Source: Podarcis filfolensis (Eukaryota). Taken from it: a stretch of DNA of 64,000 bases. The notes beneath the pieces were generated by a model. That model searched no databases and had not been told where the DNA came from. It saw nothing but the letters and a program-made list of their open reading frames with translations. Where the stretch lies: NCBI GenBank assembly GCA_964270895.1, contig OZ185442.1; one strand, 5' to 3'. A program made the position numbers and the translations under genes. Shown piece by piece: positions 48,601-60,600 of this stretch. Numbering within the stretch: the first letter of the stretch is position 1; every line of letters begins with the position of its first letter.

Positions 48601-51600
48601 AGGGGGAAGGGATGGTTATTCCAACCTGCACCAATCATTTTAACCAGGCCTTTGGTCCCTAACTGAAAGCACCTGGGGCCCTTAAGTGCCCAGACAAAAT
48701 GGTGGCACTCTGTGGCAGGTGGAAAATGTGGTCTCCCTCTGAAGGAGACCTAGCCACCTTCCAGAACAGCCTTCCCTGTAGCCAGTGCCCTAAAGGTTTT
48801 GGGTTACAAATCCCATAAGCCAGTGGTGTCCAAACTTTTTTAGAAGAGGGCCAGATTTGATGAAGTGAAGGGCCATGGGGCCCTTTTGATGAAGTGAAGG
48901 GCCATGAAGTGAAGGGCCATTTTGACCTTTTCTCCGGATTGAAGTTGTTGAGGGTTTTTTTAGGCTTTTACCCCAGAAAATAAACTGCCACAGGGCTTGG
49001 ATTAAACCGACCGGCGGGCCACATTAGGCCCCTGAAATGGACTTCGGACATGCCTGTCATAAGCAATATCAAGGAGGATTTCCTCTAGAGAAGGCTGAGG
49101 CTGATGGAAGTTGTGGTCCAAAACACCAGGTTGGAGAAGATGGCCACAGAGAGACTGAGCCAGTCTGTGAGAATTCAAGCTGTTTTTCCATTGTGTGTTC
49201 AACTGATGAAACCAAAGTGTATGTGCTTTGAATGTGCCCTTTGATTTCCCCCTTTTCAAAGTGGCAATAGGGCATATGAAGCAGCCTTGCACTGAGGCAG
49301 ACTCCTGCCCAGAGGAGTGGCTCTGCAGGGTCTCAGGCAGGTGGAGAGGGTAGGACCCCTTCCTCCTCCTTCACATTGCTTGCTGCTACCCAATTCTTTA
49401 AACTGGGATTGAACCCAATACATCAGGCATAGGCAAACTCGGCCCTCCAGATGTTTTGAGACTGCAATTCTCATCATCCCTGACCACTGGTCCTGTTAGT
49501 TAGGGATGGTGGGAGCTGTAGTCCCAAAACATCTGGAGGTCTGAGTTTGCCCATGCCTGCAATACATTCTGTAAAATAACCCAGTTTTTTTTTTGCAGCC
49601 CCAGGAAGGTGGAGCCTGAATGCAATTCTTCCAAATCAAACTAAGGGTTTTCATGTATGCTAGGCTTCTTTTACGACACACAGAGCACTGTCTTTAGAAA
49701 ACAGCTTCACAACAACCTTGTAAGGGGGCTTAGGCTGAAAGGTAGGGACGTTCCAAGGCCAAGAAAGGCCCAAGGCTGAAATGGTCAAACTATAGATAAA
49801 TAAACCCGGCACACACCACATATTTTGACCTAAAAGGTCTCATAAGCCTCAGCCAACAAGGCCAAGGGTTTGGGGTAGGAGTTGTACTCCACCAACATCT
49901 GGGAGGCACCAGATAAGTGGGGAGTGGGGGCGGGGGGGGGGAGATTACTCTAAGCAGAGGCAAGGCAAAAGCCCCAGGGATTTTGGCATCTCAGGTGCTT
50001 AGCTAGTTTGTGGATGGGCTAGTCTGGGGGTTGGCAAAGTAGGGGAGGCGCACACCCATTTCCCATGGAGTCTTGCTTGCCAGCAGGCCAAAATAAGATG
50101 GCTTTGGAACAATCTCCCAAGTCTCCAATTTGGCCCGAGGTAAGCTGCTCTTCTTTAGTCTCAGCCTGGCCACCTGCAACATGGGGGGCAGTGATCCTGG
50201 CCTGCCTTACAGGATCGTTGCAAGGTTCACTGAGAATAATGAAGCAACTTTGAACTTAGCATTTCCGTTCTTGCCATGTGGCCTGTCAGCACCTTACACC
50301 TCAGGTTCCTGCGTTCATCACAGAGCAAGGACCACCTCCTCTCTGCCTCCAGCAAAGCTGAGCCGAGCCTCAGTCGGCCCCATCAGCTTAAGCTGCTCCC
50401 AACCCTCAATGCACCACTTGCGTCAGCATGGCCTCTGGAGGTTTCATTTCATTTCAAGCCCAACCGAAACAGAGTGGAGGGAGGGAGGGAGGAGAGGATT
50501 ACAGGTAGTGAAGCCAAGAGCGTGGAGGAAGGGTGAGGGATGCCTGAATGAAGCTGAGATGGCAACGTTTGACTTACCAAGTAGCTCTACAGGAAGGATG
50601 TGGGAAGGAGGGAAGAGAAAAGAGAGAGGGAGGAAGAGAGAAAGAAGAATGTGTGAAAGACAGGCTGATGTATAGAGCCATCTTCTCACCCGGAACAGGA
50701 CCCCACAGAACCACCACCCAACTCAGCCACATCACCAGGTACACAACTGCCCTCCCGCCATAAAATGACAGCAGGGGACAGCGGCATCTGGTCAGGTCTT
50801 CGCCACTGGCACAAGGAGCAAAAGTGGGAGCCACAGGACTCTGATAACCTCCCCCAGGTGGGGGGCAGTGGCAGGTCCATGGGTGGGGTGGGGATTCCCC
50901 AAGGCAGAATGCAAATGCCCCAGACCCAAGCCAAATGCCACAGGTCCCCAATCCACCTTGCATGGAGCAGCCAAACAGGAGGAGGAAGGCACAGAGACAT
51001 TTGCACCCTGCACCTTGTCTTCCCAAGGAGTCATTGGTGGCCACGTGCACACGCAACATCTGGTTTGGGCCTCAGAGGTCTGCTGCAGGAGCCAGGAAGA
51101 CCCCTCTCAATACCTAGAAGGACTGAGAATGGTATGAGACGCCACACTGAGAACACCAACGCAGTTCTCTTCCCATGACAGAGTGTGTGCATATAGGGGA
51201 GGGAGAGGCACTTTGATAGGCAATTATCCCCGAGGCCCCCCCTCTCCCTTTGCAGTCAGCACCAGCATACACACATGGTAACTTCAAGGAGCAACAACCT
51301 GGATCAACACACTGGCCTGATTTTAGGGCAATAAGAACTTAGCAAGGCTCTGAAAGCAACCCTCCCCTGGCAATCACGTGCTCACAAGATGGGAGGGCAG
51401 ACCAAAAGTGCGGAAACTTAAAGCACCGGCTGTACAATGTCCCCTGCAGAAACTGCCACTCTCACCCAGACCCATTCAGACACACAAGGGAACCAGAGGC
51501 AGGCAAGCTCCCTTCTTCCCTTGGAATCTGCTACCACAACTCTGAAGACAGCTGGGCCTTCTTTCTCCTTGGGGGTTAAAATGCCTCACAGCTTTGAAGA

Positions 51601-54600
51601 GGATCAATAGCTGAGAGGCATGTGTGTTCTTCTGCACTTAAAACAAATAAATCCAAGATTCCTGAACTGAGCAAACTAATCAACAGACCTCTCACTCGGC
51701 CAGCTCCTCTGGTTTCTGAGGCCTCAGCCAGCATTGCCCACCCACACTGTGAAGCCACTGGGGCCAGAAACTTGCTTTAACATGCCCCCCCCCCCCCCAT
51801 AAATTCAGGAAGCTGAATTCAAGACTTAATTCTCTTTTCTGTCACTGCCTAAAACAAAGCTCCATCTCACCTGCAAAGCATACAACCCACTAAGGGCTTT
51901 GGAGAGCCTCTGGGCCCCAGGACATTATGCCGCAAGGAGGCCTCCACCCTAGTTTAACGAGGATCTTACACTGCAATGCATTTAACTGAAGAATAAACCA
52001 AGGTCCTTGCTCCATCCATGCCATTACCCGTGCAGGGAAACGTTCACTGCTAAGGCAGAAGCAATTTAGTTTATCCAAGGGCAGCCCAGCAAATCCAGCC
52101 CCACTCTTCAATCAGGGGTTGGAGGCCAACATCACTAGCCAAACTGAGCTGCCCTTTGGCCAGAAACACCCTGGCAGATCTTACCTTTGCGGGCTTTCTT
52201 CTGAAGCTTCAGTGTGTCAGAGGACTTCTTCTTTATCTCATGGCGGGCTCGTTTGTATTCTAAGGAGACAGGAATCGGGAGACACGAGGCCTGATTCCAA
52301 GTGACCAGAAGGCAAACAGCTTGGCAGGTGGACCCTGAGGTCCCCCACATGGCATGAGCAGACAAGGGAGGCCACTGCTCTCTATGGGGCCCAGACTCAA
52401 CTCCTGGCTTTCATCTCCTCCCACCCTAAGCCCCACAGTCACATCCTTGCCACTGCTTTCCTCTGAGCATCAGACACTGCCTCACAGGCTATGGGGCAGC
52501 CAGGGTGCCTCCTGCCCTTTTACCTTTCGCGTGATCTTTGTCAAGCTGGTTAGCAGTCTTCTTCCAGTCCTCTATCCGATCCTGCAGGGGGTTAATCAGG
52601 CTCTCCATCAGGGCGCTGCAGGAGGGGGGAAGGCACCCAGAGAGAGGCGGGTTAGCAGGGCCAAGGGATGTGGAGAAGGGTTTGCAACGAAATCCCCATA
52701 AATGTGCCAAGGTGATCCAAATGGCTCAATAACTCATTCTCTGGACTAGAGTATGGAAGTGGCTCAAGTTTCTAAAACCCTGAGCCTCCTTCTGCATGTC
52801 TTGCCTATTTCAGCACCTCCCCAATCCCGTTTTCAAGGCCACTGAGCCTCTCCCTCTTCTTCAGAAAGGGAGGCCTGGGGCTGGCCCACACACATGACAA
52901 GCACGTGAGTCTAACGAAAGGCACTTACTTGGTAAACTGCCTCAGCTTGGTCTCAATACTGCGGTGCCGCATACACATCCGGGTTAGTGCGGAGCCGATG
53001 TCCCTCGTGGCTCCTGAGGTGAAAAACAAGCCCTCATGTTAATGGACAACAGTCAAGAGCTACTGCAGTAAATTCAAGTACGAAATTTCTTTTCTTTCCT
53101 TCTCTCTTGTTCAGTCGGAGAGAAAGAAAATGGAGAGGCAAGGAATTGAGATGTCGCCACAGGCTGAAGGAAAGCCTGACATTGGGTTTGGGTGAGGGAG
53201 TGAGATCGCATGGGCTGGGAAACCGAGTTGCCTGAGAGTCTGAGGAAGGAGCACCTTGCTTCAGAAGTAGCAAAGCAGAGCTATCAGGGCTCTCTCCTGA
53301 CTTTCCTCCTGAGGGGGCATACAGAAAGGCATCATATGTTACTCTCACAAGAGCCCTGCAAGTTTCTTCAGCCTCTACTTGAGACTCAGTTCCTCCTCTC
53401 TGGACATCCATTTTCCCTCAGAGAAGGTGGCGGCAGAGCAGGGATCTCCTGAACACTGTCGCAGGTCTGGCTTTCTATCCAGTCTTCTCAGAAGCCCCTA
53501 TTATCTCCAGGCATTACATGGTACTGAAAAGTCAGAATAATAGACGCTCTTATGAAACATTACTTTGGGGCAACATCTTCCCCTCCAGGATTTCACAGGT
53601 GAAAATGGAGTCTCCAGTGGGCTTGTAACACTCCCCGCACCCAATTCATCTCACAAACACTTCTTCCCCTTGCCAAAGGTTGTTCCAGGATTCCATTCAT
53701 GCTAGAGTGACTCACTTGGCAATAGCCTATCTTACACAAATTAGAAAAATGTTCACAAGAGTTTCCATTAAAAAGAGAGGATTTTTTGCTCTTACACAGT
53801 GGAGCTAGAGGCTGTGTTTGCAACTTAAAGAGCATCAGAAGGATCCTTCCAAACTGGAAGATTAGGAAACAAATGCATTTTGATGTAAGAAGGTGTGTGG
53901 AGGGGAATGCATTTGGGGTACACCCCCTAACTTCACCCATAAATACACCATGACGAGGTCTGAGCTGCACTGTAGTGTTGTAACCTTTCTGCAAAGTGGG
54001 GTTGATTAGTCCAGCCCCTTTGATGATTTTGGTTGCTCCTTTCTGCCTTTCCCTCCCAGCTCTAGAATATCCTTTGAGTTAAAGGCTATCACTATCAAAG
54101 GCTAACAATTGGCTCCAAGTCTAGATTGAGGGCCCTGCCTGATGGAGAACAGAGCAATTCAGATTTTGTCCATTGGGGGTTGCAATAACCACACTGACAC
54201 TGACCCCTCTCTTTCTCTCTCTCTGCGCCTTGAACATGAGGATATGAATAGATGGAACAGTCTTTCATAGGAACCGCCCATCAAACTGCATCCCTCACAA
54301 AGCATGGATTATGGGGCATACTTCTGCTTGAGGGAGAGAAAAATGCCCACATACAATAATTCACATGGGAGCCCAATCCACTGAGAAGTTATCTAGTGCA
54401 AGCCTCATTGAAATGAACATGCATTTTTAGGGGCCAAGATGAGATAGCACCCTGTGGGTCGCAGCTAAATGCCCTCGATAGCACCAGAAACTAACAGCCA
54501 GAGGTGATTTTGGTCTCTTTCTGCTCATTTCCATTTCAATTTGCTCCTGGTCACACGTGCCGTTATTGCTGTGAGTGCTCCAGTTGGAGAACAGCCTCTA

Positions 54601-57600
54601 CTAAAGGTGTCATTGACCTTAAAGAAGCACGAACTCAGGACGAAAGGGAGAAACGGGCTAAGAGGGAGGCAGCTTTGACAAATCCTCACCATGATCAACT
54701 CCCACCCAGAAACCTATGTCCCCACTGTGGAAGGACGTGTGGATCCAGAATTGGCCTCCACAGTCACTTACGGACTCACTGTTAAGACCGTGGTCATGGA
54801 AGACAATCTTACTTGGCTATGAATGATCACCAAAGAGGAAGAAGAATTGCTGCTCTAGAGGATCCTTCTCCAATCTGTTGCTCCCCATATGCTTTGGACT
54901 ACAATACCTGTGCTGACTGGGGCTGTTGGGAACTTCCCAAAACATGAATGGCACCAACTTGGCAAAGGTGGCTCCAGGATCTAGACTACCTTCTGTTTTC
55001 CTTGAGATATACATAAAAAGTGCCCCCGAAGGATGTGTCTTCCTCTCAATCCTGCCTTTTAAGCACTTCCTAGAAAGAACACATTGCGTACTCCCACAAC
55101 ACTGAAGCAGAATGACTGTGAAAGATTAATGAGGCAAAGGCACGCAATCGTGCCAGGAAAGACGAATGCACAGAAATCACACGTCAGAGGAACCCAGTGT
55201 CACCTGGGAATGGCAGATCCACCCCTCAAAGGTACTGGGAGGGAGGAAGTTAAGAGTGGATGCAACAGACCATGATCAACTCAGCCGGCATGATGAATCC
55301 AGGTTAATGAGGGATCTGCACGCACACCAGTATGCAGCACTGTGCAAGCTGCAGAGAGAAATTTGCCCCTCTTCAAAGCAGAATATAAGGCATTGCAAAA
55401 CAGTTCACCTTCTGCTGGCCGGCCTGAGCCGGCCAGGAAGTAACAAAAGTTGTAGGGAGTCTCCAAGGCACAGCCTTCAGGAAGGGATCTTTGGAGGCTG
55501 CCCCAGAGCACTGGACATGCATTCTCTAACCCTACTCCTTAAAACAACCCTTTAAAGCAGGCCAGCCACCACACTGTTTGGAAAGACATCTTTCATCCAG
55601 CTCTGGGTGAGGCACCTGATGCTCATTCAGTCAATGAGTTGACCTGACCTGTCAGCTATCACTGGGGGGGGGGGGAGGAATGGGATGAGCTGCAAAGTTT
55701 TTAATCAAACAGAGATTAATCAATTTTAAACTTTTGATCAAAAAGGTGCTCTTAAAGGTAGGGTACCTGTGAGGACCAGGTGTCCTACCAGTGACCCAGT
55801 TCCTTTTACGAGTCTTGGATTACTAGGCAATGATTTGCCAAGTGGCCTTGCTCAATGCTAAGCATGATCACTGCGCTTTAGTCATCTCTCTCATACATTC
55901 CAAGAGCCCAAGACCATTTCCTTCTTGACCTCAGATGAGGCCAGCTAATTCTCCGCAAGTCTGCTTGTGCTTATGGTTCTGGTCCTGCAGTCTGTTGAAC
56001 CTGATCTTCCAGAGCAACACTCTTTACTGTTGGGGAATCAGAAGGTGACATTGTTGTGATTGACCCTCTGTTGCTTTTTGGAATTTGCTCCCAACCATGG
56101 AGGATGGAAAGACACCAGCACTACCTCCATAACAGTGGTGCACTTCACACACCCCTTCTTACTGGGGGTGGGGGGTCATCCTGGCTCCAGAGCCACCGCT
56201 GTGCAGCTGCAGCAATAGACAGAGGAGGATGACTCACTTCCTTTGCTTGTTTCCTTAGTTTGCTGAACGGGGCTTCTGCTGCAGATCACAGCCATTGACA
56301 GGGAGAAATCATTTCCTCCTGTTCCCCCTTTCCCGATTCTGACCAGGAGTGCTGCTTCCTCTTAGAGTTGCTCCCTCTTGGCCAAGACATTTTATTTTAC
56401 CCCCAGCCCCCAACCCTATGGCTGTAATCACTTGACACAAAATACATCCTTAGTATCTCTTTCAGAAAAAAATCTCCCAGCATTTTCTGCAAACGTTGAG
56501 ATCTTGTGGTTCACATTCTGAATTGCACTTGGCAACTTCACTAGCAACACCCCCCCCGAGCAATGTCCACACATGTGCAATCAGAGCAACCCCCCAGTTT
56601 CCCTTGTCCTCTTCCGCCACCCCACTAACAACTCGGGATAAAACCATGCAGTCCCAGAGGTCCTTCTGCCTCTTTCCAGAGACCGCCTGGGGAATTTTGC
56701 TGCCATAAACACAAAAGTTAATATGACACAGCACCTCCTACTCACCCACCCATCAACCTTCTTGGACAACAGCGAAACATTAAAGAGGAAAGACAGACAA
56801 GAAAATTTAAATTGGGGTGGGGGTGGGGAGTCAATGCATTCAAAAGTTGTCAGTGTCAAGATGGGAGGGCCGGGCCAAGTTGATTTTTTTCTCTCCTTCA
56901 GTTACTGAGCTCAAATTCGGCTACTTACTGGGGCTGGAAGCTTGGAGCTTCAATAGCTGTGGTGTGTTTCTGAGACCATTTAGTGCACTGGTGCTGACAT
57001 GTAAAGCCTTGCTCTGCTTAGAAGCTGGTACCTGAAGAACTGCCTGCTCCCTTCCCACATCCCTTGGTGGGAAGGTGCCTCCCCTGCCTGTGATTGTTTT
57101 GCACTACAGTGTTTTCGCCTGCCTTTGAATTGTGAGCTGAATAATACTGTGATCACTTCCAGCTCCAGGACACCTTATGTTTGCAATTATTTATACCTTG
57201 CCTTTCCAAGGGAGCTTATATACATCTGTTAGAATAGCACTGAGGACAAAATACGAACTAAAACAGGCTAAACTGCAACAAGCAAATAGCTTCATTTCCT
57301 TCATTTGTGCACCCCAGAGTGGTTGACATAATAAAAGCCATAAAACACAGTCATAAGCAAATGAGCCCACAAACGCAACTAAAAGCAAAACATAATCAGC
57401 ACTAATAACCAGTTAAAGCCAAAAACCTGTCCTTAATGGTGTCCCACTAGCATAATAGGGCAGCTTTCACTTGGCCCTGAAGGAGAAAAAACTGGGCAGT
57501 GCATGATCCCCCACTGCAGCAAAGGTCCTATCGCTACCCTGCAATGGGAGTGGAGTGTGTGTGTGTTACCGAGAGTTTAGCAACTCTATATACAGGCAAG

Positions 57601-60600
57601 TTCATATGGGTGTTGTCCAGCCCTGTCTCCAATATGTTAGAGGGCACAAAGTTGGGGAAAGCTAGGTTAGACAGCCCTTCAAAAGCCATGATTCCAAGCC
57701 ACTTGCAGCATTATAGGTAGAAAACAAACAAACAACATGAGCTGAGCCTGGTAGAGAACTGGAGAAGCCAGTGAACGTCTTTCAACCACTGGTCAAATAT
57801 TATCAGCACAGCAGATCCTAGTCCATATGCATGTCTACCACACTTTGAATCTACTGCACTGAAGTTTCTCAACACTTTTTATTGGCAGCCCCACATATAA
57901 CATTGCCCTAGATATTACTAAGGCATGAGGAAATGTGGCAAAATTATTATTTTTCCAGACAAGCCCACAGTGCTAGTAAAAGTCACTCTGGAGCCACAGA
58001 CTGCTTTATTGCATTGTTGACCATTTTAACTCTGCATGTAAATTTCCTTGGCAAATTTCCTGCCACATCGAAGCATTAGACAGCTTTAGAATACCAAGAT
58101 GATACAGGCTTGTGGGCACAATGGCTTCCTTCCCATGGACTAGCTGCTTGTTTACTCCAGGAAACTCGGGGCAATGAAGCCAGCCTTGATTAAGGACAGC
58201 CAAGTGGTACAAGCACATGCACCAGGCGTTCAAGCACACAGGGAACCTGTAAAGGGAGCTGGACATCCAACAGAGACAACCATGACTTCCCCAACCATCA
58301 AATTATGGTGAAACAAGGACCCACAAGCAAATATCCTGGACATTTCTTCTGCCTTTAGAATCAAAAAAGCTGTCGCTATGAAAGTGTTTTCACACATGAA
58401 AGTGTTTTCACACTAACACAGTGAGCAGGGCAAGGCATTGTGAGTTAAAGAGCAAACGCTACAAGCAAAGGGGTGTATTTAAAATTGTTTCACCTTCCAT
58501 TTTTTCTTTACTTTGTAAAAAAAGCTCTCAATGTCCCTTTCTGTCCTGAATGCGCAAAAGGCAAAATAAACTCAATCATAGCAGCAGAAGAATGCAAATA
58601 ACAGCTGAGCTGCAAGTCTGCCTTACAACTATTCAAAGTCTCAAACTTCAAATTTCAATGGCAACCTCAAAACTGCATGCACGCAATTAAAGAAATGCAT
58701 GAATGACTTTTTGCATATTTGTACAGAACATAAGTCTACCACCTGAGACATCCCTGCCTCTGCTTTGATCTTCCTACAGAGGAAAGAACCACAATTGCAC
58801 ACTTTGCACATCATCAAAGTCTTCCCTCTCAGCTGCTCTCTGCTGAACAGCTGAACAGAAGGAGACCCAAAGAGAAGGATGATATCTAGCTGCCAACAGG
58901 CTCTGGGTGATTACCTATCATGTCCCACTCTATATAATTCAGTTCCTTTTAGTTTCATGCCATAACCAAGACATCTAACTTCCAGAGGCAGAAACTGCCC
59001 ACCCACACAAAATACCTGGATGGTGAAAAATTGGATTCAGCCATTCTTTCAGTAAACAGCTATGGGTGAATTGGCAGTTCTAGTCTGCAGGAAAAATTGA
59101 GAGTATGGAACTGGGTGATGTCCTATGCATGTGGTTCAAGCATAGAGGCCATGTTCCTAAGATAGATCCAGATGCATCAGATGGGACATTCACTATGGTC
59201 TGAGTCAGCAGTGCAGCCCACAAGCTAGGCAGGCAACAAGGATGTCAAAAAGAATTACAGAGCAAAGCAACTCTCATTCACAGCCTGAGACTCACATATA
59301 GAAAGCTGGGGGTGGGGGTGGGGTAAGGAATAGTTTTCTATGCTCATATGCTTGTTGTTGTTGTTGTTGTCTAATTGTTTAGTCGTGTCCTACTCTTTGT
59401 GACCCCATGGACCAGAGCACGCCATTATTAGCTCATATGCTAATAACATGCTACTATTTAATTTGTTGGAAGCTGCCCAGATAATTATAATTATAATTGC
59501 TACTACTACTATTGAGAAGCATGTTTCCCACTTGTGATCTGAAATGGCACAGATGAAAAGTTTTACCACCTCATTTTCCATTTGCATGATCTATGCCTCA
59601 GTTTCCCCTCTTGTGGAATTCTCCAAAGGGCCACAAACTCCAAGCTACCCTACCAGGCAGCCCAGAAGCCCCTCCTCCTAAAGGACTCCCTTTCCCCTCC
59701 CCTGACCTCCTTTCCAAATCGCAGCCCTGGCTGAATTTTCTATTACCTGTGGCTCCCTCCTTTAGTAATCACCCTGCACATCTGTCCACTAAGGCTTCCC
59801 TTAATTCCCTAGACCTAAAGAACAGGGAATTCTGTGGACTTGGGGGAGGTGGCAGACTGGGCTAAGCCAGGCATGGACCTGTTCATTAAACATGTGTTGC
59901 TCACTGGTTTGGAAGAGGGGGGTTACTTCTAAAACTAAAAGTAAGCACACAAGGGTAGGTGGGTTTGAACCTCGCTCCCTTTCCCTACACCTTTAGGACA
60001 TTTCCCACATGCCATGTGGTCCATTTTGCGTTAAAAGGGAAACTCCCTCCCATGATTTATAACCAAACCGATGAGCATGTGTTTGCTAGGCATACACACT
60101 CCTGGCCTGGCACAGGTTGCTGGCATTGCCACATCTTCCCAAAACATCATCTCAGCAGCAAACACAAATCTCTACATGGGTTTGAATAGTAGGTGCAGAA
60201 AGCCTGTGCAAGTAAATATGGAGGTCTACCCTTGTTTCCTCGTCACAGCCCTTCACTAGATGTTTACAGATAACAAGCTGTGGCTTCTTGTCTAAAAGCC
60301 GGAGTGAACCAGCCATAATAGAATGTCAGGAAACTGCTCCATAGCCCTTCTGCCCTCATACAAAGAGTCACGTTCAAAGGAAGAACCCTTCCCACACCAA
60401 GCTTTTCCTGAAAAAAGGAAATAACTAGGTTTATAAGAATGTATAAAGAGCCTGCTGGGTCAGGCCAATGATCCATCTGGTTCTTTCAACGCTTTGTAGG
60501 TTTGTTTTTTTTTACATTTTATTTCTTAGGTTTCTATCCCACCTTTCTGTGACCTTAGAATCCACGGGAGCATTCCTGTGGTTCCCAGGTGGTTTCCCAT

